Origin: Nitrosopumilus sp.
Lineage (GTDB): Archaea; Thermoproteota; Nitrososphaeria; Nitrososphaerales; Nitrosopumilaceae
Assembly (NCBI GenBank): GCA_965205215.1
Contig: OZ242041.1
Coordinates: 1,824,001 to 1,888,000, forward strand
Length of the DNA: 64,000 bases
Reading direction: 5' to 3'
Below, one piece after another: positions 30,664 through 40,627 of the stretch; the stretch's first letter is position 1; each line of letters begins with the position of its first letter. The notes beneath the pieces were generated by a model that saw nothing but the letters and a program-made list of their open reading frames with translations, did not search any database and was not told the origin of the DNA. Position numbers and translations under genes: made by a program.

Positions 30664-30744
30664 ACATGTACCTTGGGTGCTTGCGTCTTAAAGCCTTCTG
30701 ACGCAGGTTGGCGAATCTTAAAATTCCATACTGGGCGCGTACGT

Positions 30745-31794
30745 ATGATGTCCGACGGCGATATAATGATGAGGGCCATGGTGCTAGACAAGTGCGGCCC
30801 CATAGAGAAAGACCCGCTCAGGCTCGCAAACATTCCAAGGCACAAGATAAGCAGGCCCGACGAGGTCCTCATAAGGATAGAGGCCTGCGGCGTATGCCAT
30901 TCACAGCTGCACGGCATAGAGGGGGACTGGATGGACATTGGCATACCGCCGGTGCTGCCCACCGTTCCGGGCCACGAGGTGGTCGGCACCATAACGAAGA
31001 TAGGGAGCGCCGTCACAAAGTTCAAGGTCGGCCAGAGGGCCGGCATAACACCGCTGCTGGAGGCCTGCAGTGAGTGCCAATACTGCAGGGAGGGCAAGGA
31101 GTACCTGTGCGAGTCATCCACCATTACCGGGGAGACCACGCGCGGCGGATATGCAGAGTACATCACGGCGCCGCAGGACTTTGTAACGCTCGTCCCGGAC
31201 TCCATGGCCCCAGAATATGCGGCGCCCCTGTTCTGCGCCGGGATAACCGCATACAAGGCCGTAAAGGCGGCAGGGCCGCGTCCCGGCATGAGGATTGGCA
31301 TCTTTGGGATAGGCGGCGTGGGACACATGGCAGTCCAGTTTGCAAAGGTAGAGGGCTGCAAGGTGTTCGCGTTCTCCAGGGCGCGCAGGCACCTGGAGGT
31401 GGCAGAGAAGCTTGGCGCCGCTCGCTCCGTGACGTTCTCAGAAGGCGGCAACTTTACAGACGATGTCAAAAAGGAGATCGGGCTGCTTGACGCGGCAGTC
31501 GTGTTTGCCCCGTCCGATGCGGTGACCGACGCGGCAGTAGATCTGGTCAAGAAGGGGGGCACCATAGTGATTGCGACCGTGGGAAAGAACCCCAAGTTCA
31601 TGGCGTTTGAGGAAAAGACGATCAGGGGAACCCTGATAGGGTCCACAAAGGACATGGAGGAGGTAATCAGGATATGCGGCGAGAGCAACCTGGAGGTCGT
31701 GTCCCAGGCGTATCCGCTTGAGGAGGCAAACCGGGTGCTACGGCTGCTCAAAGAGTCAAAGATAGACGCCCGCGCCGTACTGGTGCCGCAATGA
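30745..31794 (+). CDS. Zinc-dependent alcohol dehydrogenase (MDR family)
   Basis: CGVCHS, PGHE, structural-Zn CSECQYC...C, FCAGIT and GIGGVG. Confidence 0.95.
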   Translation: MMSDGDIMMRAMVLDKCGPIEKDPLRLANIPRHKISRPDEVLIRIEACGVCHSQLHGIEGDWMDIGIPPVLPTVPGHEVVGTITKIGSAVTKFKVGQRAGITPLLEACSECQYCREGKEYLCESSTITGETTRGGYAEYITAPQDFVTLVPDSMAPEYAAPLFCAGITAYKAVKAAGPRPGMRIGIFGIGGVGHMAVQFAKVEGCKVFAFSRARRHLEVAEKLGAARSVTFSEGGNFTDDVKKEIGLLDAAVVFAPSDAVTDAAVDLVKKGGTIVIATVGKNPKFMAFEEKTIRGTLIGSTKDMEEVIRICGESNLEVVSQAYPLEEANRVLRLLKESKIDARAVLVPQ

Positions 31795-31833
31795 CGGAGA
31801 TCATGCTCTTGGCAGAAAGGAGATGGCGGCGCT

Positions 31834-31986
31834 ACGAACTGTAAGGGATGCCACCACACGCACGAGGCCCACATGGACGACGGCAGCAGCGACTCGCTTT
31901 TGAAGGCAGGCAGCTGCGTCGTCCCCGCATGCAGGTGCAAGGAGTACGTTGATCCCATAGGGGAGATAGACGAGGAGTTGATGTAA
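31834..31986 (+). CDS. Small Cys/His-rich putative metal-binding protein lacking an in-frame canonical start
   Basis: Manual translation: TNCKGCHHTHEAHMDDGSSDSLLKAGSCVVPACRCKEYVDPIGEIDEELM*. Confidence 0.6.
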   Translation, partial: TNCKGCHHTHEAHMDDGSSDSLLKAGSCVVPACRCKEYVDPIGEIDEELM

Positions 31987-32046
31987 GTTCATATTAACGG
32001 CAGAGGTGTGCCGGCTCATGGAAAATGCGAGGGGCAGAATGAAGTG

Positions 32047-32310
32047 ATGCCGCACGGGAACCACAAGCCCTCAGAGGAAATGCTAAAGGATATGGACAAC
32101 ACGCTCTCAAGGCTCAACGCCATGGAGATAGTTGCCTCTGACGAACTTCAAAAGGATACGGTAAGGATAATGAGGATGCTAGTAGAGGGGCAGATGCACT
32201 CTATCAGGGAGTTTGACCACCTCAAAAAGGCCATGGACATAACGCTGGAGCAGATATTCAAGGTGCAGAACCAAGTAAACAAGCAGTCCTCTGGCGCAGG
32301 CCAGAACTGA
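32047..32310 (+). CDS. Hypothetical helical protein
   Basis: 87-aa ORF with strong host-like codon usage. Confidence 0.75.
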   Translation: MPHGNHKPSEEMLKDMDNTLSRLNAMEIVASDELQKDTVRIMRMLVEGQMHSIREFDHLKKAMDITLEQIFKVQNQVNKQSSGAGQN

Positions 32311-32334
32311 TCGTGCCCAACGCGTGGGACGTCG

Positions 32335-32973
32335 TCAATCCAGGCGCGTCTCGCTCATGTTGCAGCCGGCGCACCGGTACAGGGCAGAGTTGGAACCGAT
32401 CCTCTTTTCCAGATCCATGCCAGAGCCGCAGCACGGGCATAAGATCGCGTCCCGCGAGGAGTTTGGTTCTGATGGCGCGGCATCAGTGGCTTCTTTTGTT
32501 GGAGGTGGCGGATCTGCAGGCTCGGACGGGGCAGGCTCGGCCACTTCAGGGCCGCCATTGTCGCCTCCATTGTCGACTCCATTGTCGCCGCCGGCATCAG
32601 TGGCATCGGTCCGGCGCACGTTATAGCTGGGCTTTTGCTCAGGCAGGTCGGCGGCGGGATTGCACGGCGGCTTGTAGCTGCGGATGATGCGCTGCAGTAC
32701 GGCCCGGCGCCGCTGCGCGCCAGAATCCTTCATTGGAAATACGGCCAGATACAGTGCCGAATCAGAGCCTGCCTTCTCAACCCAGCACTTGAACTGTTCG
32801 TGCTGTATGAAGAAAGCCTTGTCGTCAGTATGCTCACAATCGCCCACATGCAGTATGTTAAAACGGTCACGGTCCCTCGACAGGACGGCATACAGGATCT
32901 CGCCCATCGGAGGCCCCCACTCGGAGAGCGGCACGGGCCCCAGGAATTCGTACTGCAGTATCTGTATGCCCAT
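32335..32973 (-). CDS. Hypothetical protein with C-terminal Zn ribbon
   Basis: IQILQYEFLGP...YKPPCN core, low-complexity linker, then CPCC...CAGC. Confidence 0.75.
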   Translation of the reverse strand: MGIQILQYEFLGPVPLSEWGPPMGEILYAVLSRDRDRFNILHVGDCEHTDDKAFFIQHEQFKCWVEKAGSDSALYLAVFPMKDSGAQRRRAVLQRIIRSYKPPCNPAADLPEQKPSYNVRRTDATDAGGDNGVDNGGDNGGPEVAEPAPSEPADPPPPTKEATDAAPSEPNSSRDAILCPCCGSGMDLEKRIGSNSALYRCAGCNMSETRLD

Positions 32974-33268
32974 GCCATCAACAGGCGGCACAGGTTTTTC
33001 ACTGTTTCCCGCGCCGCGCACATGCAGAGATTACCAGAGGTGTGGGATGGATACTCGGGGTGCATCCCTGCAAGTCACACCAGTCTACTTCAAGACCATG
33101 CCGCACTTGCAGGATCGTCACACGCCGCGCAAATTTCACGAGAGCGGACGAAACCGTCACGTCGCGTCAGTCCCGATGCCCAGAAGGGGGACTTGGAACG
33201 GGATCAAACCTAGGCCGGCATTATTGACCTTGAAAGGATTAAATTCGAGGATCGGAGGCGCACAACAG

Positions 33269-33517
33269 ATGAGCAATCCCCACAACCACGCCAAGGTTGG
33301 ACATGCCATGATCGTAGTCTCTGCAAGCCTCGCTGCAATCGGCCTCTTGGCGCTTGCAATAGGCTCAGACGTGTTGTTTGCCGATAACATGCAGAGGGAT
33401 AGCACCATACACTTCAACGAATGCAAGGCCAACGACTTTAGAACCGAGGGATGCGAAAAGTACCACGACAGGATCAACAACGCCATATCTGGCATCTATG
33501 TCGACTTGGACGAGTGA
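33269..33517 (+). CDS. Small membrane protein
   Basis: One TM segment and a Cys pair; ATG about 28 nt after TTAAAT. Confidence 0.7.
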   Translation: MSNPHNHAKVGHAMIVVSASLAAIGLLALAIGSDVLFADNMQRDSTIHFNECKANDFRTEGCEKYHDRINNAISGIYVDLDE

Positions 33518-33647
33518 GGAGGCGCACCGCCCCGCGCGACGCTTCCGGCAGGCGTGATCTATCAGGGGAAGTGTCACACCTACGGACGGCCAAGGCGGGA
33601 CTCGGGGCATCCTTTTATTCCCCCGCTCCCCCGTGCCAAGGACGGGC

Positions 33648-33893
33648 ATGGCGAATAAGGCGACAGGCATCGCCAGAAAGGTGATGATGTACTCGGGGAT
33701 AGTAATGCTCGTGACGGGATTTGTATTTCTGCTGCAGAGTGAGGGAACGATCGGGCCCGAATCGTCGTTTATGTACAAGAATCCAGAATGGTATACAAAC
33801 GGCAAGGCCATAATGCTGGGAGGCGGCGGTCTGTGCCTTGCCGCACTTTTCATGCGCGGGACGCGGCAGCAAGAACAGTCCGGGCAGAAATAG
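33648..33893 (+). CDS. Small two-TM membrane protein
   Basis: TM, loop GPESSFMYKNPEW, TM. Confidence 0.7.
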   Translation: MANKATGIARKVMMYSGIVMLVTGFVFLLQSEGTIGPESSFMYKNPEWYTNGKAIMLGGGGLCLAALFMRGTRQQEQSGQK

Positions 33894-33968
33894 ACAAGCA
33901 TACGCGTGTAGCCTGATAACGGCAAAACCAGCGGCAACGGCAGCAACAACAGCAGCGGCATCCAAAGC

Positions 33969-35384
33969 CTAGAACCCCGCGGATATGGGGTTTGGAGGCT
34001 TTATCAGCTCCCGGAGCAGCATCGTTGCAAAAGAGCCCCGGGCAAGTGAGAACTCCACGGTCTTGGCGTCATCATGCCATGCATAACCAGAGCACTGGAG
34101 TACGGCATCCCGGAACCCGCCCTCGCCGCTTGCCTCCTGCATCGCGTTTAGGAAGAAGGCACGCGGCTTTACTCCCTCGTCCACGAGCACGTCTGACACG
34201 TATGGCGCAAACCGCGTCTTTGAATAGTACGAATAGCCGACGATTGGTATCGCCACCGCGTCGCTGCGCACCCGTACAAGGCCGCCATGCGCGTCGACCT
34301 CCCGGCCGTTTTCGCCCCCGGATCCCGCCGTCGCCGCCGCAGACGCGGTCCCGTCATACTTGTGAAGATCACCGTGCCTGTCAAAACAGACGTCGCCGGG
34401 TTTGGGATCCAAGAGGCTCTCGCCTGCGGCAATGGCCGCGCTCAGGGTGCGGTTGAATACATACGACTGGTATGCGCTTACATACAGCCTGCGCAGCAGG
34501 AGCGGAACAGCGCGGAGCGCGCGGAGTGGGTCGCCGTGCCTGGCCAGTTCCTCCAGCACGGTTTTTTCTGTGTCCATGCCCGGCGGCAGCCGCCGCGCCG
34601 ACTGCGCGTACAACGCCGGGTCTGCAAGGTTCTCCCGTACCTCCCTGCGCTCCCGCGTGTCGTACGGCGACGCATACTCCAGTATCAGGCGCACGGCCTC
34701 GTCATAGTCACCCATTGTAAGGGCCCTGCCGACCATGTGCGTTACGGGGCGCCCCGAGCCAAACCTCTGATATCCGTAAAAGTTTGGGACCGAGTCTGCA
34801 TATGTCACAAAACCGGACGGATCGGGCGCGGTTGCCGCTTCAGTGGCATCCCCCCCGTTGCTGCCGCTGCCGGGATCTCTCCAGCCCCCGGATATCCGTA
34901 TGCGGAACCTGTTTCCAAGCATCTGTTTTTTTGTAAGTGGCCTCTTTGCATATCCGGCAAACGCCAGGCCGAACCTCGAGGCGCTGATGTCGCGGAGCCT
35001 CCTCCCCGCGGCCCCAGTCGAGCAGACATACTGCGTGGTGGCGGCCGATGCGTCCTTGAGTCCCAGTGGCTTTAGTTTGGCGCCCGTCATCTTGCGTATG
35101 GCGCCGAGCGCGTGCGCAGTGTCGATGCCCCTCTTGCGGAGCACGTACACTGCGTACCCTGTACCTTTCGCAGACGCGTCTGCGTCCGCGTTGCCGTTGT
35201 TGCTGCCGTTGCCGCCGGCGCCGTGATCGCATATCATCCTGAGGGCGGCCGGCGACAATATCTCCGACACTACAAAATCGTCCGGCGCCGCCCGTATGCC
35301 ATACCCGCGGCCGAGCCCGGGAAACGGCGTGGCATACACGCCTATTCCAATCGTGCGATCAATCTCGGGAACTGTGCCGCTCAC
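33969..35384 (-). CDS. truD: tRNA pseudouridine(13) synthase TruD
   Basis: DFVVSE, GLKD (catalytic Asp), GNRFRI, PNFYGYQRFG, AYQSYVFN and GSFATMLLRE motifs. Confidence 0.95.
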   Translation of the reverse strand: MSGTVPEIDRTIGIGVYATPFPGLGRGYGIRAAPDDFVVSEILSPAALRMICDHGAGGNGSNNGNADADASAKGTGYAVYVLRKRGIDTAHALGAIRKMTGAKLKPLGLKDASAATTQYVCSTGAAGRRLRDISASRFGLAFAGYAKRPLTKKQMLGNRFRIRISGGWRDPGSGSNGGDATEAATAPDPSGFVTYADSVPNFYGYQRFGSGRPVTHMVGRALTMGDYDEAVRLILEYASPYDTRERREVRENLADPALYAQSARRLPPGMDTEKTVLEELARHGDPLRALRAVPLLLRRLYVSAYQSYVFNRTLSAAIAAGESLLDPKPGDVCFDRHGDLHKYDGTASAAATAGSGGENGREVDAHGGLVRVRSDAVAIPIVGYSYYSKTRFAPYVSDVLVDEGVKPRAFFLNAMQEASGEGGFRDAVLQCSGYAWHDDAKTVEFSLARGSFATMLLRELIKPPNPISAGF

Positions 35385-37111
35385 TGTACAATCACTGTGA
35401 CGAACCTGCCCACCGATATGTCGGGCGCCTGGGCGCCCAAGAGAACCTTGTATATCCCGCTTGGCGCGTCACCGGTGACGGCGATCATGACCGGAATGTC
35501 AGACAGCTTCGCGGCGTGTGCCTGGCCGTCGCCCCCGTAGCCGATGATGTCGTCTTGCGCCCCCGCATCTGACAGCATGGTGACAAGAACATGCGGGCTG
35601 CCGGACACCGCAAACGGCTCGATCTGCGCGGACGGGTCGCCACTGCTTGTGGCGGGGCCCGTAACGTCAAACGTCACACCTTCGATTCCGCCCAGGGCGA
35701 CAGAGACGTATGGCGTCGACGGCTCCACGTCAAAGGGCACCGGAATCGAGGTGTCCACCACCCCTATCTTGTTCTCGGCCCACTCCGTAAACCATATCCT
35801 GTCCCCGTGCACGTCAAAGTCAAAGACCTGTGCAACGCCGCACCTCTCAGGTGCCGCGCCCTCTGTCGCGTCCTGGCTTGCCCCGGACTGTGGGATTATG
35901 ACGTCCCCAACGTCACCACCATCGCCGGGCGCCCCCACGCAGTCGGCCCAGTGCGGGTTCTTTGACGGCACGTGGTACTCTACAATCTTCTGCTGTACTG
36001 GATCCAAGACCGAGATGTTGTTTGACGTCTGCGAGTTGAACACCAGGCGCCCCGCATCATCCGCGGCCATCCAGTACGGGCGCGACAGGGGGGACTTTAC
36101 CACCCCGGTCTTGTTTCCGTACGTCGACTCTGTCGGCGACGCGGTCACATACTGCGTGAAGAGCCCCGTTGCAGGATCAAACTCAAACACGGACGACGAC
36201 GTGGTGTCCGCGAGCCATACGCCACCGTCGCCGGATATCGCAATCCCGTTGGGAGTCTGGACGGTCGGAGGAAGCTCGATTAAATCCACAAAGTCGATTG
36301 GCGGCAGGTACGCCTGCCCCGTCGTCGCAGCGACGTCCACGTACCTGCCGTGATCAAACCTGACCAGATAGCCGTCTCCCCCCGGTCTCCCGTCCCACGC
36401 GGTATACCAGATATACCCGCCCGCGTCCGGGACAAAGCCGGCCGTAACCGTCCCGTCTATCGGTGACGGCGCCACCAAGAACTTGTCAGGCTGGCTGGGA
36501 TCCAAGAACACGAGCATGTTCCCGTAAAAGTCGTTCACCACAATCTGGGAGCCGTCCACGATCAGCCGCTGTGGCAGCGGATCCGACACCACTGCGGGCA
36601 CGGGGAGCCGGCCGTACTGCCCGGTTATCGGATGGAACACCCACATCGAGTCTGACGCGTCGTCAGTAAACCAGACCATCCCGTCGGGCGCATGGTCCAT
36701 TCCCCACATCATAGAGGTGGCGCCCTCAGGCCAGGAGGGGTTAGGATACTCTGTGAACGTCTCAGTCTCCAGGTCAAACGTCGCCACCCTGCCCGTGTTG
36801 GACTCGGCAAACCACGGGTTCCCGTCATAGTCCACGGCAATGGCAAGCGGGTTGGTGCACTCTGTCGGGATTGCAAACTCACGTATGTAGGCAGTCGACA
36901 GCGGCGGCAGCCCCGTGCCGCAGTACACAACCCGATCGGCCTCGTCATAGTTTGCAGAATAGTCACGGTCAAGGTCCGCGCCCGACGGCGCAAGGGGATC
37001 CATGCCACGCTCGGTCGGTTCCAGTCCCGGTATGGCAATTACCACAAGCGACGTGATCAGTATCCCTCCAAGAAACACAACCGCAAAGAGGCCCTTGGCG
37101 CGCTGCTTCAT
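35381..37111 (-). CDS. Membrane-anchored Vgb-lyase-like beta-propeller protein
   Basis: Repeated P..I..D.DG..WF blades after an N-terminal TM segment. Confidence 0.8.
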   Translation of the reverse strand: MKQRAKGLFAVVFLGGILITSLVVIAIPGLEPTERGMDPLAPSGADLDRDYSANYDEADRVVYCGTGLPPLSTAYIREFAIPTECTNPLAIAVDYDGNPWFAESNTGRVATFDLETETFTEYPNPSWPEGATSMMWGMDHAPDGMVWFTDDASDSMWVFHPITGQYGRLPVPAVVSDPLPQRLIVDGSQIVVNDFYGNMLVFLDPSQPDKFLVAPSPIDGTVTAGFVPDAGGYIWYTAWDGRPGGDGYLVRFDHGRYVDVAATTGQAYLPPIDFVDLIELPPTVQTPNGIAISGDGGVWLADTTSSSVFEFDPATGLFTQYVTASPTESTYGNKTGVVKSPLSRPYWMAADDAGRLVFNSQTSNNISVLDPVQQKIVEYHVPSKNPHWADCVGAPGDGGDVGDVIIPQSGASQDATEGAAPERCGVAQVFDFDVHGDRIWFTEWAENKIGVVDTSIPVPFDVEPSTPYVSVALGGIEGVTFDVTGPATSSGDPSAQIEPFAVSGSPHVLVTMLSDAGAQDDIIGYGGDGQAHAAKLSDIPVMIAVTGDAPSGIYKVLLGAQAPDISVGRFVTVIVQ

Positions 37112-37258
37112 GCCAGCAGTATCGCGACACCGTTAATATCTCTCTCTATGAACGGCTGGCCGGCGGGGCGCCCGGAAGGCGCGGATGCGGACAGACAAGG
37201 ATGGCACGGCCATGGCAAGTGACAGGCGGCGGCATGCGCGAACCCGGCCACACAAGGC

Positions 37259-37618
37259 TCAGAGCAGCTTGAGATCCCCGGTTATTCTGTCGACGGCACT
37301 CTCAGGCGCGGGACCCACCGACACGCAGGTGACGGTACCGGGATCAAGCTGGGTGTGGCCGGCGTCCGATACCTCGGCGTACGGCAGTCCGGCGCGTACT
37401 GCATCCATCTTCAGGCCGCGGAGACTCTCAAGTCCAGGGGCCTTTAACACAATCTTCTTCTGCCCGCCGTCCCACCAGTCCGCGTACCAGTCAGGGTGCG
37501 TCAGCCTTACGCGCTCGGCGCCCATCACAAAGGCGTGCCCAGCCTGGGCGGCCATCTTGCCGCGGCCCATCTTGAGATCCGTCCTCATTACAACCACCTG
37601 CTTTATCTCGCCGCCCAT
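37259..37618 (-). CDS. pth2: Peptidyl-tRNA hydrolase Pth2
   Basis: KQVVVMRTDLKMGRGKMAAQAGHA, DAGHTQ and ITGDLKLL motifs. Confidence 0.96.
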   Translation of the reverse strand: MGGEIKQVVVMRTDLKMGRGKMAAQAGHAFVMGAERVRLTHPDWYADWWDGGQKKIVLKAPGLESLRGLKMDAVRAGLPYAEVSDAGHTQLDPGTVTCVSVGPAPESAVDRITGDLKLL

Positions 37619-38113
37619 GACGTGACACATAAGCGGAGCGTCAAAAACATTTGCAATCGCAGCAGGCGGGATCGAACGCCGGACACGCAAGTCCCTCAGG
37701 AGGCGTCGGGGCCGTCAGGCGCTGCTTGACGCCCTGCACAGGCGTCCAGACAGCCACGTATGCCCATACGGACAGGGAACGGCACCCAACACGTCGGGAC
37801 GTAAGTGCGTCGGGAGTCATCCCACAAGGCGTTCAAAGGAGTATGTATGACCGCGAGTGTTCGAATCCTGTCAAGATGCCGAAGTGACGCTTGCAGGAGC
37901 CCTTGCAGACTACCACTACCACAAAAACAACCAGCAGATGCACTCCGCTGCCGGGTATATGACGCCGACCGAGTCTGCCGCTCATCTGGATCTGAGAGAT
38001 AAAAGTGGTCCGCCGCATGGTTAGTCGTGGCAAAGACGGCCCCATTCTATAGGATCCGCCCCAAGAGCATTGCGGCACAAATCTTTTTTTGCACATTACG
38101 GGAATAAAACACA

Positions 38114-40627
38114 ATGAAGATCGCCATCGTATACAACAAAAAAAAGATTGACGACCAGGACGTGATCAACGTGTTTGGCGCGACCACGCTGGAGCACTAC
38201 TCGCACCGCACGGTGGAGCTGGTGGCCACCGCGCTGGAGCGCGGGGGGCATTCTGTAAAGATCATCGAGGGAGGAATGAGCTTTATCGAGGAGATGAAGG
38301 AGTTCATGCCGCGCGTGGTTTCGGGCAGCAGGCCCGGGATGGTCTTCAACATGGCGTACGGCATCCAGGGGCGCAACCGCTACACCCACGTTCCTGCCAT
38401 GCTCGAGATGCTCGGGATACCGTATGTGGGATCGGGACCCGAGGCCCACGCGGTGGTCCAGGACAAGGGAATGACTAAGATCGTCTTGCAGAGAAACGGC
38501 ATACCGACCCCCGGGTTCTGGATGTTTGGCTCCCCCGACGACGTGTTTGACGATCTGGTGTTTCCCGTGATCGTAAAGCCCAACATGGAGTCTACGTCCA
38601 TGGGGATGGACGTGGTAGACGACTGGGACAGCCTGCGCAGGTCGGTGCGAACCCAGATGGAAAAATACTCGCAGGAGATACTGGTGGAGCAGTTCATACC
38701 CGGCAGGGAGTTTGCAGTTGGGCTGCTTGGAAACGGGGCCAGCGTCGAGGTGCTGCCGATCGTGGAGATGGACCTTGGCGGCGATCCGAACCGCATACAG
38801 ACCATAACCGACAAGAAAGAGACGCCCGTTGAAAAGATCTGCCCCGCAGCTCTCGACGAGGAACAGTGCGCGCTCATGCGCAGGATTTGCCTTACGGCCT
38901 TTGGAAAGCTGGGTCTAAACGACTTTACCCGGGTAGACCTGCGCATGGCCGAAGACGGCAAGATCTACGTTTTGGAACTAAACTCGATGGCAAGCCTTGG
39001 CAAGACCGGTTCCTATTACACGGCTGCCAAGGCGGCGGGTTACTCGTATGACTCGCTGATCAACAAGATCCTCGACGTGGCGGCGATACGATACTTTGGG
39101 GAGTCTTCGCTCCAAGGCCGCTACAGCTACCACCACCACCAACATGACGACGACGGGGGCGGTGGCGCCGCGATCACGGGCATGGCAGCAGATGCGGCAC
39201 GCGCCGCGTCCGGGGGCGCAAGGCAGAGGGTGCAGGCGCGATCAAAGCCCGCGCCATCACCACACTCCGCGCCCCCGCTGCGCTCCATACTGCGGAGCTA
39301 TCTCAGGAGCCACCACACCACCAGTGAGAAACTGCTGCGACACCTAGTGATGACCAACTCCAGCGTCTACAACGTCGAGGAGGTCAACGAGATTGGCAGC
39401 ATCATGACCAAGAGGCTGGAGCACCTGGGGTTCGTGCCGCTCGTATACAAGGAGTTCGACGTGGGGGACATGATATACTATACTAACTATACGGGCGACT
39501 CTGCAGGCATTGACGTGCAGGCAGCAGCAGCGGCCGCAGCGGCCGCATCCCCCCCATCCGCTGCAGGCGGCTCGGGCGGCGCGGGCAGGACCGCCCGCAA
39601 GAACGACATCCTGATGCTGAGCCACCTCGACACGTGGTACTCCAACCGGGACTTTGCAGCGTTCCACAAGGCCGGCAGCAAGATGTACGGCTCGGGCATA
39701 GCCGAGTCCAAGGGGGGGCTTGTCACTATGCTGTCGGCGCTGCAGGCCCTGCGGTTTGCGCGCAGGCTCAAAAAGGCGCGGTGCGGCATACTGCTTGTAA
39801 CCGACGACTCGATAGGGGGGCGGTTCAGCAAGAAGCTGATCCGCGACATCGCGGCAGGCTACGACTACATAGTGGATCTCAAGTGGGGCATGCCAAACGG
39901 CGGCATCGCGACGTCGTGCTCTGGGATCACAAAGTATCACATCGACATGATGCACATAAGGCAGCGCGACGACACCATAAAGGACGTCATCCCGGACATG
40001 TGCAAAAAGGTCGTTGACTGGAAGAGGATGTCCGATTCGCACAACAGGGCAAGGGTCGTGATATCGGACATCTCGGCGCGCACCTCGTTTGGCAACTCGC
40101 CGGACTATGGCAGCCTCACGCTTACGACCAGGTACGTGACGCGGCGGCAGGGCGACGAGTTCGATTCCGAACTTCACAAGATCGCCAAAAAGAGGACAAA
40201 GTCCAAGCTTGACACGCACATCGTACAGCAGGCGAGGAGGAACCCCGTGGAAAAGACCGCAAAGACGCAGGGGTTCTTTGACATGGTCAGCAGGCTTGCC
40301 GACGAGTCCGACGTCGGGGTTTTGGAAGATCACAGGTATGCCTCATCCAGCCTCGGGGACATTGCGGACGCGGACAAGTTCGTGCTGGGCTCCATGGGCC
40401 CCGTGGGGGTCGACTACAGGACCCCGAATGAGCACATCATAAGCGACAGCATGATCGAGAGGGCCCTCCTGCTCGCGCTCGTCATCGACAAGCTTGCGTC
40501 TGAGAGGAACGAAGGCGGCGGCAAGAAGGGCGGAACGGCGGCGGCAAAAGAAGGGGCGCGGCGGCGGGCAGTGCATCGGATGCCGGCTGCAGACAACGCG
40601 GCCGCAGGTGGTGGGAGGCCGCAGTAG
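38114..40627 (+). CDS. Fusion of a D-Ala-D-Ala-ligase-like ATP-grasp domain and an M20/M25/M40 peptidase-like domain
   Basis: N-half: GIPYVGS, QDK, FPVIVKP..ESTSMG, EQFIPGREF, RVDLR, LELN. C-half: LSHLDT, YGSGIAESKGG, MGPVG..YRTPNE. Confidence 0.88.
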   Translation: MKIAIVYNKKKIDDQDVINVFGATTLEHYSHRTVELVATALERGGHSVKIIEGGMSFIEEMKEFMPRVVSGSRPGMVFNMAYGIQGRNRYTHVPAMLEMLGIPYVGSGPEAHAVVQDKGMTKIVLQRNGIPTPGFWMFGSPDDVFDDLVFPVIVKPNMESTSMGMDVVDDWDSLRRSVRTQMEKYSQEILVEQFIPGREFAVGLLGNGASVEVLPIVEMDLGGDPNRIQTITDKKETPVEKICPAALDEEQCALMRRICLTAFGKLGLNDFTRVDLRMAEDGKIYVLELNSMASLGKTGSYYTAAKAAGYSYDSLINKILDVAAIRYFGESSLQGRYSYHHHQHDDDGGGGAAITGMAADAARAASGGARQRVQARSKPAPSPHSAPPLRSILRSYLRSHHTTSEKLLRHLVMTNSSVYNVEEVNEIGSIMTKRLEHLGFVPLVYKEFDVGDMIYYTNYTGDSAGIDVQAAAAAAAAASPPSAAGGSGGAGRTARKNDILMLSHLDTWYSNRDFAAFHKAGSKMYGSGIAESKGGLVTMLSALQALRFARRLKKARCGILLVTDDSIGGRFSKKLIRDIAAGYDYIVDLKWGMPNGGIATSCSGITKYHIDMMHIRQRDDTIKDVIPDMCKKVVDWKRMSDSHNRARVVISDISARTSFGNSPDYGSLTLTTRYVTRRQGDEFDSELHKIAKKRTKSKLDTHIVQQARRNPVEKTAKTQGFFDMVSRLADESDVGVLEDHRYASSSLGDIADADKFVLGSMGPVGVDYRTPNEHIISDSMIERALLLALVIDKLASERNEGGGKKGGTAAAKEGARRRAVHRMPAADNAAAGGGRPQ

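Noticed and set aside
31792-31794. TGA after the ADH as a selenocysteine codon
   Set aside because: The ADH ends at its normal C-terminus (RAVLVPQ), the position is not a catalytic Cys, and no SECIS-like element was recognised.
30651-31958. Long antisense ORFs (435 aa here, also 43471-44400, 39344-40333, 59261-60052 and others)
   Set aside because: Shadow ORFs opposite clearly identified genes, expected at high GC, with no recognisable motifs.
35381-37111. Virginiamycin B lyase as an antibiotic-resistance gene
   Set aside because: Only fold-level similarity; a membrane-anchored propeller of this kind is not evidence of resistance.
37855-37875. GTTCGAATCC, resembling a tRNA T-loop or integration-site remnant
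   Set aside because: Flanks do not form a T stem, and there is no acceptor arm, matching repeat or integrase in the window.
38114-39110. ddl as evidence of peptidoglycan synthesis or glycopeptide resistance
   Set aside because: Motifs diverge from true Ddl (ELNSMAS rather than EVNTxPG), the domain is fused to M20, and no mur or van genes are nearby.
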